From assembly GCA_017479985.1 (NCBI GenBank), contig JAFVBL010000030.1, forward strand, positions 2,509-66,508: a DNA stretch of 64,000 nt, written 5' to 3'. Source of the stretch: Alphaproteobacteria bacterium. GTDB taxonomy: Bacteria > Pseudomonadota > Alphaproteobacteria > RF32 > CAG-239. Below, one piece after another: positions 17,487 through 28,389 of this stretch. The notes beneath the pieces were generated by a model, which saw only the letters and a program-made list of their open reading frames with translations, did no database searches and had not been told where the DNA came from. Both the position numbers and the translations under genes were made by a program. Positions within the stretch are counted from its first letter, which is position 1. Every line of letters starts with the position of its first letter.

Positions 17487-19202
17487 CTAAAAGTATGATA
17501 CAATGTCAATATAAGGTCTAATTCCTAAACTTTGTTTAATATCGGCGATATATTGCAACATTTCGCCCCACTCGGTCCACCTGTCGACAAATTGTTTCGC
17601 AAAATCAGGTGATTTTGAGAGTTGGACTTCAATAATTTTTTCAAGCAGGCTGCGTGAGCCGGATTTCATTTTTTCAAAGTCAATATGCAATTTTTTATCC
17701 GAATCAAACCAAAATGCACCATATTCGCGTAAATAGTTGTATTCAATCAGGTCTGCCATACGATGTGCTTCTTTATCTTGCGGATAAGCCTTCATAAAGT
17801 GACGCTTAACAACCCAAGTCACATAAATTGCCTTAAGCTCTTCTTCGCTTATAATACCGGCTTTGACATATTCCGGCATCATTGCCGCCGAAACCATATC
17901 GGCCTTGTGCTCTTCGATAATATGGTGATAAATGCCGAGCGCTGTTTGATATGTGCTGTCAGGTCCGAGAGAATGTCCGTTTTCGTGTCCGATGGTAAAC
18001 AGATGGTCATATTCATTGTTATAATATTTATGCAATTCCGGTACGACGAGCTTTTTAAGAATTTCCTTTGTCTTTTCCGATTCGCCGCCGTGACGGACCT
18101 GTCGATGATACACATTGCGCCGCCCGCCGCCGTGCGCCAAACTCGGCTTATCATTATTCGGCAGATTCTGTGCCAATGTAATCCCGCCGCGGCAAAGCGC
18201 ATAGTCACCGGTCAGTGCCGCAATATCGACATCAACCATTGTTTGTTTCAATCCCTTTTTGCCGCCCACATTTTGCTCATATTTATCACTGTACGGCATC
18301 AGCAAAGCCAGATTATTCATTTCTTCCTTAAACTTCAACAATAATTCCGTACCTTTGCGATTGACAATACCGACCCGAATACCGAGCATATCTTTTGGCA
18401 CCGGACGGATATTCAATTCTTGGAGTCGCGCACATAATTTTTTATCTGAAAACAACTGTGAAGTCAGTTTATCATCATAATTTTCACGGCTCAGCGTAAA
18501 TTCAAGCGGCGTATCCTGCATTTGTGCCCAATGCTTATCTGCCAAAATATCCATTTCTTCATTATTTTGCAAAAGTGCTTGCGCTTGCCAACCGAGATAA
18601 TCTTTAAACAATTCATCGGTCGTAAAATGTGCCGCACATTCCAATTCATTTGCAATTTCAGAAAATTCGTCGGCAAAATATTCTGTATAATCAATCGCTT
18701 TCAAATATTCACCGGCACGCCGCACCATTGTCCGCGCACTTAAAATTTTACGCACTTCATCGATTCGCTTTTCATCAAGCATTTTATTGAGAATTTGTGA
18801 TAACTCTTGCACATTTAAATCGGTCGGATAAAAGTTACGCCCTTCAAACTGATGAATTCCTTCAAAAATTTCTATGGGTTCTTTATCAACCCCGTTTGAG
18901 CCGGCAACACCGTTCAGCGAGTTAAACAATTTTAACGCATTTGCGGCATACGGACTTTTTTCGGCCGCAACTTCAAGCGCCTGTTTTTGAACCAAATTCA
19001 TCGGGTGATCCATTTCCAACGCCACATCGTTAATGATTCGCGCGGCATTAACCAAATACCGCAATGCCTTCTTATCACCGTCCGACAGATTTTTATACGA
19101 TTCGTGTTCTTTGTCAATCAGCACAATTTGCCGCATTTCTTTGCTGACTTTTTTCTTGAGTTCCGGTGCCGAATATTTCAACTTAAATCCGTTAATTTTC
19201 AT
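17487..19202 (-). CDS. Zinc metallopeptidase, DPP III (M49)-like
   Basis: HENGH (HExxH) followed about 35 aa later by EEHKAD. This resembles the two M49 zinc-binding motifs in their short pentapeptide variant. 571 aa. Confidence 0.45.
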   Translation of the reverse strand: MKINGFKLKYSAPELKKKVSKEMRQIVLIDKEHESYKNLSDGDKKALRYLVNAARIINDVALEMDHPMNLVQKQALEVAAEKSPYAANALKLFNSLNGVAGSNGVDKEPIEIFEGIHQFEGRNFYPTDLNVQELSQILNKMLDEKRIDEVRKILSARTMVRRAGEYLKAIDYTEYFADEFSEIANELECAAHFTTDELFKDYLGWQAQALLQNNEEMDILADKHWAQMQDTPLEFTLSRENYDDKLTSQLFSDKKLCARLQELNIRPVPKDMLGIRVGIVNRKGTELLLKFKEEMNNLALLMPYSDKYEQNVGGKKGLKQTMVDVDIAALTGDYALCRGGITLAQNLPNNDKPSLAHGGGRRNVYHRQVRHGGESEKTKEILKKLVVPELHKYYNNEYDHLFTIGHENGHSLGPDSTYQTALGIYHHIIEEHKADMVSAAMMPEYVKAGIISEEELKAIYVTWVVKRHFMKAYPQDKEAHRMADLIEYNYLREYGAFWFDSDKKLHIDFEKMKSGSRSLLEKIIEVQLSKSPDFAKQFVDRWTEWGEMLQYIADIKQSLGIRPYIDIVSYF

Positions 19203-20469
19203 AATTTATCTCCACTGTTTTAAATCTGTAAAACCCAATATCCTTATCCGCAGCATCTGACGGAATTTGTGCACGTTGCCATAGCATTATCCTTAAATCA
19301 TTTTCATTTTCCGGACGCTCATCTGCCGCCAATAATGCGATTCTTTTTTGATATTGAACATATATACCGTCATCTCTTTCAAAATAATTAACCAACGGTG
19401 CATTTTCATCTTTTTCTATTTTTTCCAAATCTGTCAGTAAATATATTTTCACCGATTCGACGGGTTGCCTGATTTTTTTTGCCGCCTTTCGGGCAATTTC
19501 GATAATTCCGACAACTACACCTTTGTTTTTTCCGACCTTTGCACGCGAAAAAATCTCGTGGTGACCTTCGGTAAAAAAGCGCACATAAATATATCCGCGA
19601 TCAAACAAACGATAATTATCCGCCGTTTTTTCCGGCCATAAAGCTTCCGATTCGCGCGGCAAATTGAAATTCACCACAAAATATGTACGCAACTCGTCAC
19701 CATAATGGTCGATATATGTTTCCAAATTATTTTTTTGCTGTACCAAACGGGATTCTTCTTTGCGTTCATCATCAAACCAAGCAGCATAATCTTCTTCCCA
19801 AGCTTTGGCAAGTTGTGTATCAACCTCATCAAAAATATGGATTTTATAATGATTTTTCTGCGCAAAGTATATTGCCTCGTTAATCAACACATTTTGGGTC
19901 GGCGTTTTAATATCTTTTTGCAAATCCGCCGCAAAAACAACAAAACTTTCAGGGTCTTGCAAAAACGCCTCTATATTTTTTTCCGTCTGCGCCGCATTTT
20001 CCGACATATCCGAAAGTTCAACTTCGTCCGTTTGAAAATTTTGCCGCAACAAATTTTCGTGCGCGGCTATATCTCCGCTTCTGTGATGCACCAAAACAAT
20101 ATAATTGATTTTGTTATGCTTTTTGATTTCGCGATACAGTTTTTCCAAAACTTTTTGCGATTCGGGCGTTATAAATTCAGGCACAACCGCCATTTTAACA
20201 TTTCGTGTATTGTAATTATCCAAATGGTTCATATAACTTGCCACGCTTGTTTTAACTTCTTGTTTGCCGGCATAAAATACCGCGGCAATCACCGGATTTA
20301 TAACTTCTTTTTCTTCGCGCACACGCCCGTAATCCACCGCTTTTTCATAATTTGCGTAAGTGTTGTGATTAAACCGATGAACATTCAGCCAAACACAAAA
20401 AAACAAAATAAGCAGCCAAAACAAACGCTCTGACCACTTTATCAAAAATCTTTTCGTTTTCGGCATCAT
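19192..20469 (-). CDS. Hypothetical membrane-anchored protein
   Basis: N-terminal TM (LFWLLILFFCVWL) and 425 aa. It overlaps the start of the downstream peptidase gene by 11 nt. No confident domain call. Confidence 0.5.
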   Translation of the reverse strand: MMPKTKRFLIKWSERLFWLLILFFCVWLNVHRFNHNTYANYEKAVDYGRVREEKEVINPVIAAVFYAGKQEVKTSVASYMNHLDNYNTRNVKMAVVPEFITPESQKVLEKLYREIKKHNKINYIVLVHHRSGDIAAHENLLRQNFQTDEVELSDMSENAAQTEKNIEAFLQDPESFVVFAADLQKDIKTPTQNVLINEAIYFAQKNHYKIHIFDEVDTQLAKAWEEDYAAWFDDERKEESRLVQQKNNLETYIDHYGDELRTYFVVNFNLPRESEALWPEKTADNYRLFDRGYIYVRFFTEGHHEIFSRAKVGKNKGVVVGIIEIARKAAKKIRQPVESVKIYLLTDLEKIEKDENAPLVNYFERDDGIYVQYQKRIALLAADERPENENDLRIMLWQRAQIPSDAADKDIGFYRFKTVEINYEN

Positions 20470-20484
20470 AAGCTTGCCCCAATG

Positions 20485-21111
20485 CTAAACTTTAATTCCG
20501 CATTTTCGCAGATTAGCCAAAGAAAGTGCAATCACGGCATTTTCAAGAGCCTCAATAATCGGTTCGTCCAAAACCGCAACCACTTGTTTTTTTTCGGTGT
20601 TAATCGTCAAATACTGTGCACCGTCTTCACATTCGAGCCAATAACGCACATCTCCGTTTTTATGCTGATTGGCTTGCAGATTTGCATCAATTTTATCAAG
20701 TGCCGTTACCAAACGAGATTCGGGTGTTTGTTTATCTTCGTACTCACGCCAAATTTCAAAAACCCGCGCTCCAAGCTCTGCCGGCAATAGGTCGCGATAT
20801 TTTTCCATTGCTGCTGCTTCCTGTTCGTTTTTGAGCTTTTTCATTTCGGGATGCGCCCGTTGCACCGCTTTTGTGCAATCACCCGTTTCGGCCTCAGCTA
20901 TATCGTGTATCAGCGCCAATTCCAACAATCGCGTATAATTGTATTTATGTTTCAAATACGGATAAACCATCATCAGTAACCAAGCCAATTTAAAACTGTG
21001 CGATGAATCCGTTTCGCTTGTGCCGTCTGAAAGCAAGGTCGCCCGTTTAACAAGGCAAACCTTATCCAGAACTTTCATAAAATCCAATATTCTTTCAATA
21101 TTATTTTGCAT
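20485..21111 (-). CDS. HD-domain phosphohydrolase (YfbR-like 5'-nucleotidase type)
   Basis: H...HD motif (SHSFKLAWLL ... LIHDIAEAETGD). Confidence 0.8.
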   Translation of the reverse strand: MQNNIERILDFMKVLDKVCLVKRATLLSDGTSETDSSHSFKLAWLLMMVYPYLKHKYNYTRLLELALIHDIAEAETGDCTKAVQRAHPEMKKLKNEQEAAAMEKYRDLLPAELGARVFEIWREYEDKQTPESRLVTALDKIDANLQANQHKNGDVRYWLECEDGAQYLTINTEKKQVVAVLDEPIIEALENAVIALSLANLRKCGIKV

Positions 21112-22381
21112 TTTTACCTATAAACTTTTTACCGCCCAAATACGGCTGTAATTTTGCCGGAATCCGCACCGTACCGTCAGCTTGCTGATGATTTTCCATA
21201 AAAGGCACCAAAGCGCGCGGTGTGGCAATACCTGTATTATTCAACGTATGGCAGAAATGCACCTTGCCGTCGTTGCCGCGATAACGTAAATTTGTACGCC
21301 GTGCCTGCCATTCCGTAATATTTGAGCAAGAATGTGTTTCACGATAGCAATTTTGCGACGGCACCCAAGCTTCCAAATCATATTGACGATATTTCGGCGC
21401 TCCCATATCACCGGTGCAAACCTCCAGCACCTGATACGGCAATTCCAAATCCTGAAGGACTTCTTCGGAAATTTGCAACAATGTTTTGTGCCATTTTTCA
21501 CTCTCTGCCAAATCATTTTTGCAAATTACAAACTGTTCGGTTTTAAAGAACTGATGCACCCGCACCAACCCGCGTGTATCTTTTCCGGCAGCACCTGCTT
21601 CTCGGCGAAAACACGGTGAAAATCCGGCATACAATATCGGCAAATCGGCTTCGGTAAGCATCTCATCGGCTCTGAGTGAATTCAAAATCAATTCTGCCGT
21701 ACCGGAAAGATAAATGTCATCAGCCGGCATATAATAAATTTCATCACGCGCAAACGGCAAATAACCCTGATTATACAGCGGTTTTTCTTTAGAAAGCGCC
21801 GGCACCGTAATCAGCGTAAATCCGTGTGTTCTGAGTTTATCCATCACCAACATATGAATTGCCAATTCCAGTTGAGCCAAATCGTTTTTAATGGCATAAG
21901 TGCGCGAACCTGAAACTTTCGCGATTCGCTCAATTTCACTCCAATCATTTATTTCCATCAGCTCAATATGGTCACGCGGTGTAAAATCAAAATGCGGTAA
22001 TTCCCCGACTTTGCGACGCACCACATTAGCCGTATCGTCCGGACCGTCCGGACTTTCTTCACTCGGGTAATTCGGCATTCTGAGCATCATATCATTAAAT
22101 TTTTCTTCCAAAACAGCCAGTTGTTCCTGCTCTTTTTTAAATTCTTCACCGACCGCCTTACTTTTGGCGATAATTGCCGGACGCTCCTCGTTTGATGCGG
22201 ATTTAATCGAATTGCTGAGCTTATTTTTTTCTTCTGCCAACGCCTGAGACGACGTTTTCAGCTTATTCATTTCATAAAACACGGCGAGAAGTTCATCAAC
22301 TTTTTCCGCCTCAAAACCTTTGCGCCCCAAGCTTTTTTTTACCCAATCGGTATTTTCTGCAATAAATTTAATATCCAACAT
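21101..22381 (-). CDS. serS: Serine--tRNA ligase
   Basis: N-terminal coiled-coil arm and class II core (FRREAGAAGKDTRGLVRVHQF, ...GTGIATPRAL). Start at MLDIKFI. Confidence 0.95.
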   Translation of the reverse strand: MLDIKFIAENTDWVKKSLGRKGFEAEKVDELLAVFYEMNKLKTSSQALAEEKNKLSNSIKSASNEERPAIIAKSKAVGEEFKKEQEQLAVLEEKFNDMMLRMPNYPSEESPDGPDDTANVVRRKVGELPHFDFTPRDHIELMEINDWSEIERIAKVSGSRTYAIKNDLAQLELAIHMLVMDKLRTHGFTLITVPALSKEKPLYNQGYLPFARDEIYYMPADDIYLSGTAELILNSLRADEMLTEADLPILYAGFSPCFRREAGAAGKDTRGLVRVHQFFKTEQFVICKNDLAESEKWHKTLLQISEEVLQDLELPYQVLEVCTGDMGAPKYRQYDLEAWVPSQNCYRETHSCSNITEWQARRTNLRYRGNDGKVHFCHTLNNTGIATPRALVPFMENHQQADGTVRIPAKLQPYLGGKKFIGKNAK

Positions 22382-22526
22382 CTTTTTTTGCCTTAAAAAT
22401 AAAATTAAACTTTGGCAAATTATACGTTGTTTCTTAAAGATTACAACACAAATTTTCATATTTTGATTGATTTTTGCACAGTGTTGATATAGCTTTAATC
22501 AGTTCATTCAACAAAAAGAGGAAATA

Positions 22527-23534
22527 ATGTTTGAAAATAAATGTATTTTAACCGGTGTCAAACCGACCGGAAAACCGCATATCGGTAACTATTTCGGCGC
22601 AATTTTGCCAGCAGTGAAAATGGCAAACGAAGCCGCGCGCTTTAATCTGTTTATTGCCGATTATCACGCCATAAATTTTATGAAAAACGCCGAAATGTTA
22701 CAGCAGGAAATCAAAGAGATTGCCTGTATTTATTTGGCTGCCGGTCTGGACCCGAAAAAACATTATTTCTATCGTCAGTCCGATATTCCGGAAATCAATG
22801 AAATTACAACAATTCTCTATGCTTTTACGCCTAAAGGATTTATGAATAAATCTCACGCCTACAAAGCTGCGGTTGATAAAAATCTTGAAGCCGGCAAACC
22901 GACCGACGATGGTATCAATATGGGACTTTACACTTATCCGACCTTGATGGCAGCCGATATTTTGGCAATGGATACCGATACCGTACCGGTCGGCAAAGAT
23001 CAAATTCAGCACGTTGAAATTGCTCGTGACATTGCCGGTGCAATCAATGCATACTATGACAAAGAGCTGCTCAAGCTTCCGGATTATGTTACGGCAAATA
23101 ATGTTGCGGTTTTACCGGGGATTGACGGACGTAAAATGAGCAAATCCTATAACAATGTCATTCCGATATTTGAAGACGATAAAATCATCAAAAAAGCCGT
23201 ATACTCAACCGTAACGGATTCGCGCCCGCCGGAGGAACCGAAAAATCCTGAAGAAATTATCGTATATCAAATCTATAAATGCTTGGCTCCGCAAGAAAAA
23301 GTTGAAGAAATGGCTGCCGGTTTACGTGAAGGCAAGCTCGGCTACGGACATATAAAAGCAATGCTCTTGGATACAATTTTGCAACAAACCAAAGACGCCA
23401 AAGAGGTTTACAACTACTATATGGCGCACTATGACGAAGCACGCGGCGCACTTGAAGAAGGTGCGGCCAAAGCCCGACCGTTTGCACAAGCTACATTGGC
23501 GCGTCTTAAAGAAACTTTGTTCGGAAACTTATAA
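22527..23534 (+). CDS. trpS: Tryptophan--tRNA ligase
   Basis: HIGH-type motif GKPHIGNY and KMSKS present; 335 aa. Confidence 0.93.
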   Translation: MFENKCILTGVKPTGKPHIGNYFGAILPAVKMANEAARFNLFIADYHAINFMKNAEMLQQEIKEIACIYLAAGLDPKKHYFYRQSDIPEINEITTILYAFTPKGFMNKSHAYKAAVDKNLEAGKPTDDGINMGLYTYPTLMAADILAMDTDTVPVGKDQIQHVEIARDIAGAINAYYDKELLKLPDYVTANNVAVLPGIDGRKMSKSYNNVIPIFEDDKIIKKAVYSTVTDSRPPEEPKNPEEIIVYQIYKCLAPQEKVEEMAAGLREGKLGYGHIKAMLLDTILQQTKDAKEVYNYYMAHYDEARGALEEGAAKARPFAQATLARLKETLFGNL

Positions 23535-23635
23535 AATTCCGCTAATCGGAAATATTTATTTTCGGTATTGCAGGCGATAGACTTTTTTAAGAACGACCGA
23601 CGTTCCTTTTTCTGCAAGAGGTGTCTTTTTTCAAG

Positions 23636-23665
23636 GCTCTGTTAAACAAAATTGTTTAACAGAGC
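23636..23665. terminator. Bidirectional intrinsic terminator between trpS and alaS
   Basis: Perfect 13-bp stem GCTCTGTTAAACA / TGTTTAACAGAGC with a 4-nt loop and T-rich sequence on the plus-strand side. Confidence 0.7.
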
Positions 23666-23674
23666 TCTCTTTTA

Positions 23675-26305
23675 TTAAGCTACCATTTTCTTAATAGTGG
23701 CGATTGCGTCATCAATTTTGGTAACATCGGCACCGCCGGCCTGCGCCATATCCGGCCGGCCGCCGCCACCCTGACCGCCGAGCACACCGGCTGCCGCACG
23801 CACCATATCAACCGCATTATATTTACCGGTTAAATCCTTGCTGACACCAACCACAACCGAGGCTTTGCCGTCTTTATCGGAACATAAAACAACAACGCCT
23901 GAACCGATTTTTTGTGTAATATCATCAACAAACGCTTTCAATTCTTTCGGATGCGCATCAGGAACTCGTTTGCCGACAAATTTAACACCGTTTACGGTTT
24001 CAACTTCATCATTGGCAGAAGATTGACCGCTTGCCAAATTCTTTTTCAAATTAAATATTTCCGCCTCAAGTTTTTTACGTTCTTCAAGTAAACCACCGAT
24101 TCGCGCCTCTAAATCATTGATGTTTGTTTTCAGACTTGCCGCTACGTTATGCAGTTTATCTTCCAGATGACGCACATACGAGTCCGCACTGCAACCGGTT
24201 ACACACTCCAAACGACGCACACCGGCCGCCACCGCTGATTCGGATAAAATATGGAAATAGCCGATATTACCGGTCGAACAAACGTGTGTACCGCCGCAAA
24301 GTTCACGCGAGAACGGCTCTTGTTCATCACCCATCGTTACCACACGTACATCATCGCCGTATTTCTCGTCAAATAAAGCCATCGCACCGAGAGCCACTGC
24401 CTCATCTTTATTCATAATCACGGTGTTTACCTTCAAATCGCAACGAATTTGCTCATTGACGATATCTTCCACTTTGCGAATTTGCTCTGCCGTAATCTGC
24501 TTCGGATGCGAAATATCAAAACGCATTCTGCCGGCTTCAACTGCTGACCCTTTCTGCGCCACGTGGTCGCCCAAAACAATTTTCAGCGCCTTATGCGCCA
24601 AATGCGTGACCGAGTGATTGGCGCAAATTTTTGCACGATTCTGCGCATCTACCGCAAAATTGGCAAAATCACCGACTTTTACCGTACCGCTTTGTAATTC
24701 GCAAATATGAACATAAACATCGCCGAGTTTCGGTTTGCAATCCGTTACTTTGGCTGTAAAGTTCTTTGAAGAAATCATACCGATATCACCGACCTGACCG
24801 CCGCGTTCGGCATAAAACGGTGTTTGATTGGCAACCAATTCAAACTTGCCTGAAGTTACTTCCGAAACTTCCGCATCATTTTGCACCAACGCTTTGATTT
24901 CGCCATCGGCTTTTAAAGTGTTATAACCCAAAAACTCGGTTGCGCCGCATTTGTCTTTCACGCCATACCAAACTTTTGCCGTACCTTCATCACCGGAACC
25001 GGCCCAATTTTTACGTGCTTCTGCTTTTTGTTTTTCCATACACGCATTAAAACCTTCAACATCAACTTCTATATTTTTATTTTTAAGCGCATCTTGTGTT
25101 AAATCCAGCGGAAATCCGTATGTATCATAAAGGCGGAAAGCCGTCTCGCCATCAAGCTTGGCGCCCGTAGCCAACTTTGCAACTTCTTCATCAAGCAATT
25201 TCAATCCTTTATCAAGTGTACGTCCGAAACGTTCTTCTTCAATCTCTATTGTTTCCTTAATCAACGTTTCACGGGCATAAAGTTCCGGATAAGCCTCACC
25301 CATTTCTTTTTGCAATGTCGGCAACAATTTATAAATCATCGGCTCCTTAACACCGAGCATATAAGCGTGACGCATTGCCCGACGCATAATCCGGCGCAAC
25401 ACATAACCGCGCCCTTCGTTAGACGGCAACACCCCGTCGGCAATCAAAAAGCTGATGGCACGCAAGTGGTCGGCAATCACGTTATGCGACGCTTTAAGCG
25501 GACCGTTCGGATCGGTATTGGCAATATCGGCAATCGCTTTAATCAATTGTTGGAACATATCTGTTTCAAAATTGGAGTGAACGTTTTGCAAAATCGCGGC
25601 CATACGTTCCAATCCCATACCGGTATCGATTGACGGACGTTTTAAGTTAATACGTGAACCGTCAGGCAAATCTTCAAACTGATCAAACACCAAATTCCAA
25701 ATTTCGATATATCTGTCACCGTCTTCCTCCGGTGTCCCCGGCAAACCGCCCCAAACTTCCGGACCGTGGTCATAAAAAATCTCAGAACACGGACCGCACG
25801 GACCGGTGTCACCCATCTGCCAAAAATTATCCTTGGTGGCAATGCGGATAATACGGTCTTCCGGCAAACCGGATACCTTTTTCCATATATCGTGTGCTTC
25901 GTCATCATTATGATAAATCGTTACAACCAACTTTTCTTTCGGCAGGCAAAATTCTTTAGTCAGCAATTCCCACGCATACGGAATGGCATAATCTTTAAAA
26001 TAATCACCAAACGAAAAATTGCCGAGCATTTCAAAAAACGTATGATGCCGCACATCATAGCCGACACTGTCCAAATCATTATGCTTACCGCCGGCACGCA
26101 CGCTTTTCTGCGCGGTTGCCGCTCGTGTATAATCACGCGTTTCATTACCGGCAAGTATGTTTTTAAACTGCACCATACCGGAGTTGGTAAACATCAAAGT
26201 CGGGTCATTATCCGGCACCAAAGAAGATGACGGAATAATCTTATGACCGTTCTTTTTGAAATAATCCAAGAATGTTTTACGAATTTCATTTACACCGACT
26301 GTCAT
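23675..26305 (-). CDS. alaS: Alanine--tRNA ligase
   Basis: 876 aa with a class II catalytic core, editing-domain HxxxH/CxxxH (HSVTHLAH ... CGGTHV) and a C-terminal DHHA1-like tail. Confidence 0.97.
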   Translation of the reverse strand: MTVGVNEIRKTFLDYFKKNGHKIIPSSSLVPDNDPTLMFTNSGMVQFKNILAGNETRDYTRAATAQKSVRAGGKHNDLDSVGYDVRHHTFFEMLGNFSFGDYFKDYAIPYAWELLTKEFCLPKEKLVVTIYHNDDEAHDIWKKVSGLPEDRIIRIATKDNFWQMGDTGPCGPCSEIFYDHGPEVWGGLPGTPEEDGDRYIEIWNLVFDQFEDLPDGSRINLKRPSIDTGMGLERMAAILQNVHSNFETDMFQQLIKAIADIANTDPNGPLKASHNVIADHLRAISFLIADGVLPSNEGRGYVLRRIMRRAMRHAYMLGVKEPMIYKLLPTLQKEMGEAYPELYARETLIKETIEIEEERFGRTLDKGLKLLDEEVAKLATGAKLDGETAFRLYDTYGFPLDLTQDALKNKNIEVDVEGFNACMEKQKAEARKNWAGSGDEGTAKVWYGVKDKCGATEFLGYNTLKADGEIKALVQNDAEVSEVTSGKFELVANQTPFYAERGGQVGDIGMISSKNFTAKVTDCKPKLGDVYVHICELQSGTVKVGDFANFAVDAQNRAKICANHSVTHLAHKALKIVLGDHVAQKGSAVEAGRMRFDISHPKQITAEQIRKVEDIVNEQIRCDLKVNTVIMNKDEAVALGAMALFDEKYGDDVRVVTMGDEQEPFSRELCGGTHVCSTGNIGYFHILSESAVAAGVRRLECVTGCSADSYVRHLEDKLHNVAASLKTNINDLEARIGGLLEERKKLEAEIFNLKKNLASGQSSANDEVETVNGVKFVGKRVPDAHPKELKAFVDDITQKIGSGVVVLCSDKDGKASVVVGVSKDLTGKYNAVDMVRAAAGVLGGQGGGGRPDMAQAGGADVTKIDDAIATIKKMVA

Positions 26306-26472
26306 TTTGTATCCTTAATATAAAGCTTAAAAATTTCACTAAGGCGCAGAATATACCAAACTTTTATGCTTGTCTATATTTATTTTGCAAAAAATCTTGA
26401 CTTAAGGACGTCATAAGGATAAAAGCAAATCCAATACATATATAATTATAAATCTCTAAAAATTTTTAAGTA

Positions 26473-26958
26473 ATGAAACAAAAAATTATTATTTGTTTGG
26501 CAGTTTGTTTTTTGTTTTCCGCCATAGATGTTTTGGCGCAAAAAACGGAAACAAATGCAAAAAGCATTGCAATCGAACTGATTATCGACAAAACGGATTC
26601 CGTTAACTGCCGTATCTTTTACGGACTGAGCAAAAACGGCAAAGAGATTCTTCCGGCAAAGTATGACTTTCTGTTTAATGAAGATGTTATGCTTTTTGTT
26701 TTTTACGATAAGCATAATCTTTACATCTATGACATTTATGCCAACCGAGTTATGCATAAAACGTTTGAACTGCCGCTGGATAAAGATTCGTATGTCGGAT
26801 TTGAGCAAGTACGTGACAGGATTGATGTTCAATGCTACGAATTACGCGTCTACTTCTTTAACAGTAGCTGGGGAAGCGAAGGTGTCGGAACCTTCTTCTT
26901 CAAAGACGGACATACCTACCGTCTGGAAAACACCCCCCGCATTATACAAATCAACTGA
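26473..26958 (+). CDS. Hypothetical secreted protein
   Basis: Signal peptide MKQKIIICLAVCFLFSAIDVLA; no domain recognised. Confidence 0.5.
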   Translation: MKQKIIICLAVCFLFSAIDVLAQKTETNAKSIAIELIIDKTDSVNCRIFYGLSKNGKEILPAKYDFLFNEDVMLFVFYDKHNLYIYDIYANRVMHKTFELPLDKDSYVGFEQVRDRIDVQCYELRVYFFNSSWGSEGVGTFFFKDGHTYRLENTPRIIQIN

Positions 26959-26966
26959 CTTATTTT

Positions 26967-26995
26967 AAGGAGATATGAACTCGGCATATCTCCTT
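26967..26995. terminator. Bidirectional hairpin terminator
   Basis: AAGGAGATATG / CATATCTCCTT 11-bp stem with a 7-nt loop, followed by TATTTTTT. It lies between convergent genes. Confidence 0.6.
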
Positions 26996-27281
26996 ATTTT
27001 TTGCACCTTGTCGCATAAACATATTGCAAATCAAGAGATAATTTTCCCTCAAAAAAAGTGGCATCACGACTCATCCAAATATCTTTTTTGGCACTTTTAA
27101 GTGCAGAACAGGCACATTTATATTCTTTCTTTTCATAAATAAAACAAGTCGCATTTGCTTTATTAAAATCAGAAACCGCCGATACTCCGTGTCCGAAATT
27201 TATATTGGCAGTGTTGGTCGCAGCATCAGATTCGTTAACAAACAAAAACATTGCGCAAACAAAAATTAAAACTCTTTTCAT
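26994..27281 (-). CDS. Hypothetical small secreted Cys-containing protein
   Basis: Signal peptide MKRVLIFVCAMFLFVNESDA; 95 aa. Confidence 0.45.
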   Translation of the reverse strand: MKRVLIFVCAMFLFVNESDAATNTANINFGHGVSAVSDFNKANATCFIYEKKEYKCACSALKSAKKDIWMSRDATFFEGKLSLDLQYVYATRCKK

Positions 27282-27359
27282 TTTATTCTCCTTGTGTTAA
27301 TTTGCAAAATATATCTTAAATAAAAATGTGTAACAAAAAATAAACAAGGCTAAAAAATT

Positions 27360-28310
27360 ATGAAAACAACATTTCATACCGACACGGTAAAAAATCCGAA
27401 TATAACAAAAACACATTTCGGCGTATACGGAATTATTCGGCAAAAAAATAAAATTCTGCTGATTAAAAAAACACGCGGTCCGTACACGGGTATGTATGAT
27501 TTGCCGGGCGGCGGACAAGAAAAAGGCGAAACATTTATGCAAACACTTGCACGCGAAATTAAAGAAGAAACCGATTGCAATGTTGTTTCCGCCGAAAACG
27601 AACGCCGTAAATCCGTTATTTTCGGAGATTTTACGGCAGCAAGCGGTGAAAAAGGTGTTTTATTGCACAGCGCTGTTTTATATGATGTCAAAATCAGCGG
27701 AAATCCGACAACTGACGGTGACGGACGCGATTCCGACGGTTGTGTTTGGATTGACACTGCCGAACTGACGGCACAAAACGCTACGCCTTATGCCCTGATT
27801 GGCGCTGATAAACCGTTAATTGCTCTGTCTGATGAAAACGACAACGTTATTACAACTCATATTCGCAAAACACCCTTACCGCAAGGTCGTTTCATTATGG
27901 TTTCGGCGATATTGATGTTCAATTCACGCGGCAACCTGATTATGCAAAAAATAGCCACACACAAAGATTGGGGCGGTTTATGGACATATTCTGCCGCCGG
28001 ACACGTCGATGCCGGCGAAAATTATGAACAGGCTGCCGTACGTGAACTCAAAGAAGAAATGAATGTTGAAGCACTGCCGGAAAAAGAATTGACGGTCGTT
28101 CCGATTATACGCAACGGCAAATTATTTGCCCGTCATCACATTTTTATTGTACATTCAGATGCACCGATTACACCCGACCCGTATGAGGTAGCGGAAATTA
28201 AAGAAATTGCACCGAAAGAGTTAAAAATGCAGATTAAAAAAAATCCGCAAGACTTTTTTGAACCGTTCGTGCGCGCTTTTTATACCTACTGTCAAGCGCA
28301 AGAAATTTAA
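27360..28310 (+). CDS. Tandem (double) Nudix hydrolase
   Basis: Two Nudix boxes: GGGQEKGETFMQTLAREIKEETD and AGHVDAGENYEQAAVRELKEEMNV. Confidence 0.8.
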   Translation: MKTTFHTDTVKNPNITKTHFGVYGIIRQKNKILLIKKTRGPYTGMYDLPGGGQEKGETFMQTLAREIKEETDCNVVSAENERRKSVIFGDFTAASGEKGVLLHSAVLYDVKISGNPTTDGDGRDSDGCVWIDTAELTAQNATPYALIGADKPLIALSDENDNVITTHIRKTPLPQGRFIMVSAILMFNSRGNLIMQKIATHKDWGGLWTYSAAGHVDAGENYEQAAVRELKEEMNVEALPEKELTVVPIIRNGKLFARHHIFIVHSDAPITPDPYEVAEIKEIAPKELKMQIKKNPQDFFEPFVRAFYTYCQAQEI

Positions 28311-28389
28311 AAAAACGGGTTGTCATTTTTAATAAGTTGATATATTTTTGTAAAAAACAAACAACCGACTTAAATAAAAGGAAAATTTT

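Noticed and set aside
19192-20469. The impression that the 425-aa membrane-anchored protein is a degenerate Memo-like plus AMMECR1-like fusion.
   Set aside because: There is only a vague resemblance in spacing. The diagnostic AMMECR1 LRGCIG motif and the Memo metal ligands are not visible, so I left it as hypothetical.
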